Shown piece after piece: positions 17,037 through 24,803 of a stretch of 53,755 nt of DNA. Within the stretch, counting starts at the first letter, position 1; every line of letters begins with the position of its first letter. Source of the stretch: an uncultured Oscillospiraceae bacterium. GTDB taxonomy: Bacteria; Bacillota; Clostridia; Oscillospirales; Oscillospiraceae. The stretch lies in assembly GCA_964523945.1 (NCBI GenBank), contig CAZGBU010000002.1:1-53755 (forward strand). The letters are read 5' to 3'. Made by a program: the position numbers and the translations under genes. The notes beneath the pieces were generated by a model that made no database searches, had not been told where the DNA came from, and was given only the letters and a program-made list of their open reading frames with translations.

Positions 17037-19025
17037 ATGAGAAAATATCCGCATCTGGCTGCGCCGATCACAGTGCGCGGCATCACGCTGAAAAATCGCA
17101 TTTTGGCCACGCCGATTCAATCGGCCGGCACGACGAAAGACGGCGTCCCGACCGAGAAAGCCTGCGCATTTTTCGGCGAGCGCGCAAAGGGCGGCGCCGC
17201 TGTCGTCACAATGGGCGAAGCAGCAGTCAATCACGGTTATGCCGTCCGGCTGGGCGTCACGACCGATCTGATCGATTTCAAGTTCGAGAATATGGACGAT
17301 TTCAAGCACTTCACCTACGCCATCCGGCGCTACGGCGCGGTCCCGTCCATCCAGCTCTGCCACGCCGGCACCGAAGCCAACCCGCGCGATGCGCAGGGGC
17401 GCCCGATGCTGCCGATCGGCCCATCGCCGCGTACGCGGCCGGCACAGGATCGGCCGGGGCGCAAGCCGAACCCCGACCAGGAGATGATTACGACCCTGGA
17501 GATGACGCGCGATCAGATCCGCAAGACGATTGCGGACTTTGCCAACTGTGCAGCCAACGCCAAGCGGTACGGCTTCCAGATGGTGCAGCTGCACGGCGGC
17601 CACGGATGGCTGCTTGACCAGTTTTCGTCGAAGCTGCTCAACCGGCGCACCGACGAGTACGGCGGCAGTGCGGAAAACCGCGCGCGCTTCGCCTGCGAGC
17701 TGCTTGATGCAATCCGTGCCGCGGTGGGCGAGGACTTCCTGATCGAGTACCGCCTGAGCTGGAACCAGATGCTCGACGGCGGCAATACGCTTGCCGACAC
17801 GATCGACTTTGCCCGGCGGATCCAGGACAAGGTCGATATCATCAATGTCTCCATCGGTACACACTGGATCCTCGATCATTGCAACCAGATTTTCCCGCTC
17901 TGGTTTGTCGAGCACGGGCTGAACATCGAAGCGGCGGCCGAGATCAAAAAGAACGTCTCGTGCCTGGTGTCTGTCGTCGGCGGCATTGACGACCCGGCCA
18001 TGGCCGAGGCGGCGCTGGCTGCGGGCAAGTGCGATTTTATCTCGATGTGCCGCGGCCTGATCGCAGACCCGCACTGGCCGAACAAGGCGATTGAGGGGCG
18101 CGATGACGAGATCATTCCCTGTGTGCGCTGTATCACCTGCCACGACAGTATGGCCTCTGACGGCACGCTGTGCGCTGTCAATCCGCGCACGCTGCAGGAG
18201 CACTGGCTTGCCGATACACCCGCACCTGCTGCGCGGCGGCGTGTGGTGGTGGTCGGCGGCGGCGTCGGCGGCATGCAGGCGGCCATCACGGCAGCGGAAC
18301 GCGGACACGAGGTAACCCTGTTTGAAAAAGAGGCGGTGCTCGGCGGCATTCTGCACTTCACCGCATATCAGACTGTCAAAAAGGATATGAACGCGTTTGT
18401 CCGTTACCAGATCCACATGCTCGAAAAGCTGGGCGTTGATGTGCGCCTCGGCACCGAGGCGACGCCGGAGCTGGTGGAGTCTCTCGAACCGCACACGGTG
18501 ATCACGGCGGTTGGCAGCGAGCCGATCCGTCCAAACATCCCGGGTGTGGAAAACGCTGTTTCGGCCCTGTGGGCATATGCGCACCAGGACCGGCTCGGCG
18601 CGCGCGTTGCCATCATCGGCGGGAACCTGTCCGGGCTGGAGCTGGGGATTGATCTGGCGTCGACGGGGCACTCGGTCACCGTTGTCGAGATGCTCGATGA
18701 GGTGGGTGCCGGCGCGCCGACGTTCTACTGGTACGGGATCAAGGAAGAACTCGAACACAACGCCGACCGGATGATGCTTTGCACAGGTTGCACCTGCACG
18801 GCCATTGCGCCGGACGGCATTACCATTCAGGGCAGGGACGGCGTGGCCAGGCAGATTGAAGCAGACAGCGTGATCTATGCCGTCGGCATGCGCGCCCGTG
18901 CCGACGAGGCCGCCCGCTTCGCCGGCTGTGGGCTGCACGAGGTCAAGGTCGGCGACTGTGACCGGGTTGCGCGCATGAAGCAGGCCGTCACCGCCGGTTA
19001 TCTGGCTGCGCTGAGCATACAGTGA
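17037..19025 (+). CDS. FMN/[4Fe-4S]/FAD ene-reductase of the 2,4-dienoyl-CoA reductase / enoate reductase family (ER1)
   Basis: OYE-type barrel (LKNRILATP, QLHGGHGWLLDQF, RTDEYGGSAENRARF). Cys cluster PCVRCITCHDSMASDGTLCAVNP. Then VVVVGGGVGGMQAA and VAIIGGNLSG Rossmann folds. GAGGGAGGA SD. Confidence 0.85.
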   Translation: MRKYPHLAAPITVRGITLKNRILATPIQSAGTTKDGVPTEKACAFFGERAKGGAAVVTMGEAAVNHGYAVRLGVTTDLIDFKFENMDDFKHFTYAIRRYGAVPSIQLCHAGTEANPRDAQGRPMLPIGPSPRTRPAQDRPGRKPNPDQEMITTLEMTRDQIRKTIADFANCAANAKRYGFQMVQLHGGHGWLLDQFSSKLLNRRTDEYGGSAENRARFACELLDAIRAAVGEDFLIEYRLSWNQMLDGGNTLADTIDFARRIQDKVDIINVSIGTHWILDHCNQIFPLWFVEHGLNIEAAAEIKKNVSCLVSVVGGIDDPAMAEAALAAGKCDFISMCRGLIADPHWPNKAIEGRDDEIIPCVRCITCHDSMASDGTLCAVNPRTLQEHWLADTPAPAARRRVVVVGGGVGGMQAAITAAERGHEVTLFEKEAVLGGILHFTAYQTVKKDMNAFVRYQIHMLEKLGVDVRLGTEATPELVESLEPHTVITAVGSEPIRPNIPGVENAVSALWAYAHQDRLGARVAIIGGNLSGLELGIDLASTGHSVTVVEMLDEVGAGAPTFYWYGIKEELEHNADRMMLCTGCTCTAIAPDGITIQGRDGVARQIEADSVIYAVGMRARADEAARFAGCGLHEVKVGDCDRVARMKQAVTAGYLAALSIQ

Positions 19026-19051
19026 GCAGCGGAAGATAAGGAGGTTGTTCC

Positions 19052-19636
19052 ATGAAGAATATTCTTGCCATTTCCACCAGTCCGAGAAAGGGCGCGAACG
19101 CTGACACCATTGTCCATGCCGCGTCAGAGGCGGCCCGTGCGGCGGGTGCTGTCGTCACGGAGGTTGCGTTCCGTGACCTGAAGATCAACTACTGCATCGG
19201 CTGCGGCTGCTGCAAGCAGCCCGGCAATGCCGGCAGGTGTGCGCAGAAAGACGACATGCAGGCGCTGCTTGACCAGCTCCAGACCTGCGACGGCATGATC
19301 TTTTCGACCGGCGTCTATTTCGGTTCGTTCACAGCGCAGGCCAAGACGTTCATCGACCGGATGTACGCGCTGTTCCGTCCCGGTCCGCCGCCGAAGCAGG
19401 ATCCCGCTGCGCCGAAGCCGGCGCCGAAGAAGCTGCTTGTCGTCATGACGGAGGGGATGCCGCGGCCAGACGCGGACAAGGCGCGCGCTGAGGAGATCTT
19501 TGGCTGCTTCGGCGTCGCAGGGTTCAACACGATGGAGTATCTCGTGATTGACGGTTGCCGCGAGCGCGACAGCGCCGCCAACAACCCGGCACATCTGGCT
19601 GCAGCTGCAGAAAAGGGCACTTGGCTCGCGCAGTGA
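19052..19636 (+). CDS. flavodoxin-fold NADPH-dependent FMN reductase / iron-sulfur flavoprotein-like protein
   Basis: ILAISTSPRKGANADT flavodoxin-like P-loop. Compact Cys motif C-IG-C-G-C-C-x9-C resembles Isf proteins. AAGGAGG SD. Confidence 0.7.
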   Translation: MKNILAISTSPRKGANADTIVHAASEAARAAGAVVTEVAFRDLKINYCIGCGCCKQPGNAGRCAQKDDMQALLDQLQTCDGMIFSTGVYFGSFTAQAKTFIDRMYALFRPGPPPKQDPAAPKPAPKKLLVVMTEGMPRPDADKARAEEIFGCFGVAGFNTMEYLVIDGCRERDSAANNPAHLAAAAEKGTWLAQ

Positions 19637-19664
19637 TCCGCTCTGCCGCATCGAAAAAACACAG

Positions 19665-19700
19665 CAGCCGCGCACCCGAAACGGGGTGCGTGGCTGTTTT
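19665..19700 (+). terminator. intrinsic terminator ending the four-gene flavoenzyme unit
   Basis: cagccgcgcaccc-gaaacg-gggtgcgtggctg followed by tttt. Confidence 0.75.
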
Positions 19701-19732
19701 GCTTATTTAGAAAGTAAAAAAACCGCTTGCTG

Positions 19733-19760
19733 TTGACTTTTTGTCATGTTATACTAATAT
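19733..19760 (+). promoter_or_regulatory. sigma-A promoter of ER2
   Basis: TTGACT-16 nt-TAATAT. Confidence 0.6.
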
Positions 19761-19785
19761 GCGCCGAATTCTGAAAGGAGACTTC

Positions 19786-19791
19786 ATGTAA
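19786..19791 (+). other. start-stop minicistron (ATG-TAA) between the SD and the ER2 start codon
   Basis: AAAGGAG(19774-19780)-acttc-ATGTAA-a-ATG(19793). The SD is optimally spaced for the ATG-TAA, not for the ER2 ATG. Confidence 0.4.
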
Positions 19792-19792
19792 A

Positions 19793-21763
19793 ATGAATCA
19801 GTTCTATCCGCACATTTTTCAGCCGCTGACTGTGAAAAACACGACGTTCAAAAACCGCATTTTCACCGCGCCGACGACTGCGCATATGGTGCAGAACAAC
19901 GAGCCGTACTATCCCGAACCGAGTTACATCAAAAACTATCTGGAAAAGGCAAAGGGTGGCGTCGCCTGTGTCAACTGCGGCGGACAGAAAATCGAGCTGA
20001 CCGGCCGTAACCCGATCCACACAGAGTTCAATATCACGGATCCGCGCGGCTGGCGGAATTTCATCCATATGACGGATGCGATTCATTTTTACGACGCCCG
20101 CTGCTCATATGAGCTGATCCATTTCGGCACCGAGGGCGAATACACAGAAGAGGCCAAACAGGGCGTGATCTATGGGTGCTCGGACTTTGTGCGCAACGAC
20201 GGGCTGGAGTTCCATCAGATGCCGCTGTCTGAGATGGAACGCATTGCCGATCGCTATGCAGAGCTGGCAGCCTGCATTGAAAAGTGTGGTTTTGACTCGT
20301 TGTTGCTGCACGGCGGCCACGGTACGCTGCTGCAGGAGTTTGTCTCGCCGCGCGGCAATCATCGTGAGGATGAATTCGGCGGTTCCATGGAAAACCGTGC
20401 CCGCTTCCCGCGGATGGTGCTCGACGCCATCCGCGCCAGAACCGGCCGTGACTTCCTGATCGAGTACCGCATCTCCGGATCGGAGTGTGTGCCGGGGGGC
20501 TTTTCGCTGGAAGAGTGCATCGAATATGTCAAGCTGATCCAGGACAAGATCGATATTATCCATGTCTCGGCCGGCGTTGTGCGCGAGCCGCGCCTGCGCG
20601 CGATCACGCATCCGACGGGTTTCCTTGCCCCGGGCTGCAATGCGTATCTGGCCAAGGCGGTCAAAGCCTGCCCGGATATCCATATCCCCGTACTGACAGT
20701 CGGCGCGTTCCAGCGGCCGGAGCTGATTGAGCAGACACTCGCCGAGGGCGGTGCGGACGTTGTTGCAATGGCACGCGGCACCATTGCCGATCCGCACACG
20801 GTTGAAAAGGCACGGCAGGGACGGCCGGATGACATCGTGCCGTGCATCAAATGCTTCCACTGCCTCGACGAATTCAAGGACACCCATTATTATTCCTGTG
20901 CGGTCAACCCCGAGGCCGGCCGCGAGGACTATCTCGATATGCTCGTACCGGACGAGTATGACCGCCAGCGCGTCAGTATCATCGGCGGCGGGCCGGCCGG
21001 CATGCGCGCGGCGCTGATGGCGGCTGAGCGCGGCCATGATGTCACGTTGTATGAAAAGGAGAATTATCTCGGCGGCCAGCTCAAGGACGCTGCATTTATG
21101 GACTTCAAATATGACCTGCTCGCGTATGAGAACTACCTGATCGAGCATGTCAAGGCCGCGCCGATCCATCTGAAGCTCGGCGTGACGGCCACGCCGGAGA
21201 TGGTTGCAGCGGAGCACTTCGATGCTGTGATCTGTGCGATCGGCGCCGATCCGCTGATCCCACCCATCCCGGGCATCGACGGCGCAAATGTCATCTGGGC
21301 CGGCGACAGCCTGTTCGCGCAGGAAAAAGTCGGCCAGCGAGTCTGCGTCATCGGCGGCGGCCAGGTCGGCTGTGAGACGGCGGTCTACTACGGCCGGCAG
21401 GGCAAAGCGGTCACAGTGCTTGAAATGCAGGGGGCGCTCGCCCCGGATGCGATGCGAACCTACCGCGAGGAGCTCGAGGGGCAGGTACGCGACCATGCCG
21501 AGACGGTTCTGCTCGGTGTGCGCTGCACCGGCATTACACAGCAGGGTGTGCGCTATGAAACAGCGGACGGACAGACGCACGAGGTCCTTTGCGACACGGT
21601 CATCCTCGCGCTCGGCATGCGCGCCCGTGCGGCCGAGGCCGAGACGTTCCGCGACAGTGCGGCGAACTTCCGCCGCATTGGCGACTGTGTGAAGCCGCGC
21701 AATGTCAAATGGGCGACGCGCACTGCATTCGAGGCGGTTATGAGTCTGAAAGATCGCGCTTGA
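19793..21763 (+). CDS. FMN/[4Fe-4S]/FAD ene-reductase of the 2,4-dienoyl-CoA reductase / enoate reductase family (ER2)
   Basis: FKNRIFTAP, LLHGGHGTLLQEF, REDEFGGSMENRARF. Cys cluster PCIKCFHCLDEFKDTHYYSCAVNP. VSIIGGGPAGMRAA and VCVIGGGQVG folds. Confidence 0.85.
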   Translation: MNQFYPHIFQPLTVKNTTFKNRIFTAPTTAHMVQNNEPYYPEPSYIKNYLEKAKGGVACVNCGGQKIELTGRNPIHTEFNITDPRGWRNFIHMTDAIHFYDARCSYELIHFGTEGEYTEEAKQGVIYGCSDFVRNDGLEFHQMPLSEMERIADRYAELAACIEKCGFDSLLLHGGHGTLLQEFVSPRGNHREDEFGGSMENRARFPRMVLDAIRARTGRDFLIEYRISGSECVPGGFSLEECIEYVKLIQDKIDIIHVSAGVVREPRLRAITHPTGFLAPGCNAYLAKAVKACPDIHIPVLTVGAFQRPELIEQTLAEGGADVVAMARGTIADPHTVEKARQGRPDDIVPCIKCFHCLDEFKDTHYYSCAVNPEAGREDYLDMLVPDEYDRQRVSIIGGGPAGMRAALMAAERGHDVTLYEKENYLGGQLKDAAFMDFKYDLLAYENYLIEHVKAAPIHLKLGVTATPEMVAAEHFDAVICAIGADPLIPPIPGIDGANVIWAGDSLFAQEKVGQRVCVIGGGQVGCETAVYYGRQGKAVTVLEMQGALAPDAMRTYREELEGQVRDHAETVLLGVRCTGITQQGVRYETADGQTHEVLCDTVILALGMRARAAEAETFRDSAANFRRIGDCVKPRNVKWATRTAFEAVMSLKDRA

Positions 21764-21822
21764 AGCGAAAAAGCAGCGCGCCGCAGCGGGCGAGCGTATA
21801 AGAGCTTTGTTATTTGGGAAAA

Positions 21823-21860
21823 ACAGGCAGGAACTGAACCGCAGTTCCTGCCTGTTTTCT
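21823..21860 (+). terminator. intrinsic terminator after ER2
   Basis: acaggcaggaactg-aaccg-cagttcctgcctgt followed by tttct. Confidence 0.8.
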
Positions 21861-22009
21861 GTCTGCCGTTCCCGGAAAAAAATGAAAGCGCGCCGTAATT
21901 TGGAACGCAGAAGGAACTCTGCTGGAATTTATAAGGAACAGCCCGGTGGTATCATGATTCAAACTGCGCGGCACAAGCCCGCTGAAATACGAATTGGAGG
22001 AATCTATTT

Positions 22010-22231
22010 ATGTATTTTGACGCCATTGCAAAGATCGTTTCGGAGCGCACCGGCTGCGACATTGCCGACGTGAAGCCGGAAAGCAAGTTCTCCGAGCTCG
22101 GCATTGACTCGCTCGACACGGTGGAGCTGCTGATGAACCTGGAAGATGAACTCGGCATCGAGATCGAGCTGGATCAGAAAGTGGAAACGGTCGACGATCT
22201 GGACAAATTCATTCAGAGCAAGCAGGGCTGA
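22010..22231 (+). CDS. acpP: acyl carrier protein
   Basis: 73 aa. LGIDSLDTVELLMNLEDEFG-type phosphopantetheine site (DSLD). GGAGG SD. Confidence 0.9.
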   Translation: MYFDAIAKIVSERTGCDIADVKPESKFSELGIDSLDTVELLMNLEDELGIEIELDQKVETVDDLDKFIQSKQG

Positions 22232-22238
22232 AACAGCG

Positions 22239-23183
22239 ATGATCAAGTCAGTGATTTGCGAAATGCTGGGGATTCAATACCCGGTGTTTCAGGGCGGCAT
22301 GGCCTGGATCGCAGACGGAAAGCTGGCCGCCGCCGTGTCTGAGGGCGGCGGCCTTGGTGTGATTGCGGCAGGCAATTCCAACAGTGACGCCGTCCGGGAG
22401 CAGGTGCGCATTGCGCGTGCGCGCACCACAAAGCCCATCGGCGTGAATATCATGCTGATGAGCCGCTATGCCGACGATATCGCGCAGCTCGTGATTGACG
22501 AGCATGTCGAAGTCGTGACCACCGGCGCGGGCAACCCCTCGAAATACATGAAGCGCTGGCAGGAAGCCGGCATCCGGGTGATCCCCGTTGTCGCCTCCGT
22601 GGCGATGGCGAAGCTGATGACCCGGCTGGGCGCGTCGGCGCTCATCGCCGAGGGCGGAGAGAGCGGCGGCCATGTCGGCGAGCTGACCACCATGGTGCTT
22701 GTGCCACAGATCTGCGACGCGACGACGCTCCCGGTGCTGGCCGCTGGCGGCATTGCCGACGGGCGCGGCTTTGCGGCGGCGCTGATGCTGGGCGCGTGCG
22801 GTGTACAGATGGGTACGCGCTTCCTGAGCGCGGAGGAATGTACGATCTCCCCGGTATACCAGGAGAAGATCCTCAAGGCCACGGATCTGTGCACAATGGT
22901 AACGGGCAAGCGCCTGGGGCATCCTGTCCGCAGTCTGCGCACACCGTTTGCGCGCAGCTTTTCCAAGGATGAGTACAGCGGTATGTCCGACGAGGAACTC
23001 TCGGCGCGCACGACGGGCGCGTTCCGCCTCGCCGTGCGGGAAGGCGACCTGGAAAACGGCTGCTTTCTCTCGGGCCAGGTTGCCGCAATGGTGAAGCGGG
23101 TGCAGCCTGCCGCCGAGATCGTCCGGGAAGTTGTGGAGGAGGCGGAACCGATCCTCCGGGGGGCAGCAAAATGGGTCGAATAG
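22239..23183 (+). CDS. fabK: enoyl-[ACP] reductase II (FMN, nitronate monooxygenase fold)
   Basis: LGIQYPVFQGGMAWIADGKLAAAVSEGGGLGVI, AEGGESGGHVG, AAGGIADGRG. Position between acpP and fabD. Confidence 0.85.
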   Translation: MIKSVICEMLGIQYPVFQGGMAWIADGKLAAAVSEGGGLGVIAAGNSNSDAVREQVRIARARTTKPIGVNIMLMSRYADDIAQLVIDEHVEVVTTGAGNPSKYMKRWQEAGIRVIPVVASVAMAKLMTRLGASALIAEGGESGGHVGELTTMVLVPQICDATTLPVLAAGGIADGRGFAAALMLGACGVQMGTRFLSAEECTISPVYQEKILKATDLCTMVTGKRLGHPVRSLRTPFARSFSKDEYSGMSDEELSARTTGAFRLAVREGDLENGCFLSGQVAAMVKRVQPAAEIVREVVEEAEPILRGAAKWVE

Positions 23184-24076
23184 CGTTTGTTTTCTCAGGA
23201 CAGGGCGATCAGTACCCCGGCATGGGGCATGCGCTCGCTGAGCAGTACACGGCTGCGGCAGATGTTTTTGCCCGCTGTGACCGGATCCGACCCGGCACGT
23301 CGGCACAGTGCTTTACAGGAACGGAAGAGGAACTCAAGCAGACTGCGAATACGCAGCCATGCCTGTTTGCCATGGAGCTTGCGGCGGCGGCGGTGCTCCG
23401 CGAAAAGGGCGTCAGGCCGGACGCGGTAGCAGGCTTTTCACTCGGCGAAGTTGTGGCTGCGACTGTGAGCGGCCTGTTTGACGAGGAGACCGGTTTTGAG
23501 CTGGTGTGCCGGCGCGGCGAGCTGATGCAGCGCGAAGCGGAGAAGTTTGATACGGCCATGGCTGCGGTTTTGAAGCTTACGGCGGAGCAGGTGCGCGCAC
23601 TCTGCGACAGCCGCGAGGGGGTCTACCCCGTGAACTTCAACTGTCCCGGGCAGATCAGCGTCGCCGGGCTCTCTTCGCAGATGCCGGACTTTTTTGCGGC
23701 AGTCAAAGCTGCGGGCGGTCGGGCGATTCCGCTGAAAGTCAGGGGAGCGTTCCATTCGCCGTTTATGAATGAGGCTGCACGCGAGTTCGCGTCTGAACTG
23801 AAAAAGGCGGAAATCCGTAGTCCTGCGATTACGCTCTACTCTGACCTGACTGCCGAGCCGTATACCGATGATGTCGTTGGGCTCCTGTCACGGCAGATCT
23901 GCAGCCCGGTGCAGTGGGAAAGACTGATTCACAATATGCTTGCCGCGGGCATCGACACGTTTGTTGAGATCGGCCCGGGCAGGACGCTGACCAATATGAT
24001 TCGGCGTATTGCGCCCGAAACGCGGGCTTTGCCGTATGCCGATTGTTTGGAGGAGGCGGAGCATGCTACACGGTAA
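23171..24076 (+). CDS. fabD: malonyl-CoA:ACP transacylase
   Basis: FVFSGQGDQYPGMG, GFSLGEV active-site Ser, GAFHSPFM. Confidence 0.9.
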   Translation: MGRIAFVFSGQGDQYPGMGHALAEQYTAAADVFARCDRIRPGTSAQCFTGTEEELKQTANTQPCLFAMELAAAAVLREKGVRPDAVAGFSLGEVVAATVSGLFDEETGFELVCRRGELMQREAEKFDTAMAAVLKLTAEQVRALCDSREGVYPVNFNCPGQISVAGLSSQMPDFFAAVKAAGGRAIPLKVRGAFHSPFMNEAAREFASELKKAEIRSPAITLYSDLTAEPYTDDVVGLLSRQICSPVQWERLIHNMLAAGIDTFVEIGPGRTLTNMIRRIAPETRALPYADCLEEAEHATR

Positions 24077-24791
24077 AACAGCGCTGATCACCGGCGGATC
24101 ACGCGGGATCGGCGAGGCAATTGCATATAGATTCGCGTCAATGGGCGCAAACATCGCCATTGTATATGCGGGCAACAGCGAGGCCGCAGTGGCGGTCTGC
24201 GTAGCGTGTACGCAGCGCTACAATGTGGATGCGCGCGCCTACCAGTGCAACGTTGCGGACTTTGCTGCGGTAAAAGAGACCGTATCGCGCATCAAGGCCG
24301 ATTTTGGGACGGTGCATATTCTTGTAAACAATGCGGGCATCACCCGCGATGGGCTGATCGCAACAATGCGGGAAGCGGACTTTGACGCGGTGGTGGACAC
24401 CAATCTCAAGGGTGCATTCAACATGATCCGCCACTGCGCGGGCCTGTTTCTCCGCAACCGCGGAGGCTGTATCATCAATATCTCTTCGGTTGCGGGCCTG
24501 ATGGGCAACGCCGGGCAGAGCAACTATGCTGCATCAAAGGCGGGGCTCGTCGGACTGACCAAGTCCGTCGCCCGTGAGCTGGCCTCGAGAGGCGTCCGCT
24601 GCAATGCCATTGCGCCGGGCTTTATTGCCACCGACATGACGGACGATCAGGGAGAAAATCCGCTGCTCCAGCAGATCCCGCTGGGCAGAATGGGCACAGC
24701 CGACGACGTGGCCGGCGCTGCGGCGTATCTGGCGACAGCCGATTATGTAACCGGCGCCGTGCTGTATGTCGACGGCGGCGTCGCGATGTGA
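24063..24791 (+). CDS. fabG: 3-oxoacyl-[ACP] reductase
   Basis: ALITGGSRGIG, NNAGITRD, SSVAGLMGNAGQSNYAASKAG (SDR S-Y-K triad). ATG 24063 follows GGAGGAGG. Confidence 0.9.
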   Translation: MLHGKTALITGGSRGIGEAIAYRFASMGANIAIVYAGNSEAAVAVCVACTQRYNVDARAYQCNVADFAAVKETVSRIKADFGTVHILVNNAGITRDGLIATMREADFDAVVDTNLKGAFNMIRHCAGLFLRNRGGCIINISSVAGLMGNAGQSNYAASKAGLVGLTKSVARELASRGVRCNAIAPGFIATDMTDDQGENPLLQQIPLGRMGTADDVAGAAAYLATADYVTGAVLYVDGGVAM

Positions 24792-24803
24792 GGAGCATAG
24801 ACT

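Noticed and set aside
13954-21580. Very long minus-strand ORFs across the flavoenzyme island (13954-15621 555 aa, 15224-17110 628 aa, 17016-18938 640 aa, 20105-21580 491 aa).
   Set aside because: They are antisense shadows typical of GC-rich DNA. Composition is Arg/Ala/His/Gly-rich and low complexity, with no recognisable motifs or SDs. The plus strand encodes complete, motif-rich flavoenzymes with strong SDs.
17037-21763. Direct assignment of ER1/ER2 (or ER3) as BaiCD/BaiH, bilirubin reductase BilR, a flavone reductase or a steroid 5-beta-reductase.
   Set aside because: Family membership is clear, but orthology cannot be judged by eye. No other bai genes (baiB/E/F/A/I) are adjacent, and I did not find the active-site motif I recall for BilR (HGDR-like). 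This is left as a hypothesis to test phylogenetically.
21861-22009. Several GGAAC/GGAAT pentamers upstream of acpP, considered as a possible regulator binding array.
   Set aside because: The words are short with irregular spacing, and part of them belongs to the preceding terminator stem. Cannot be distinguished from chance.
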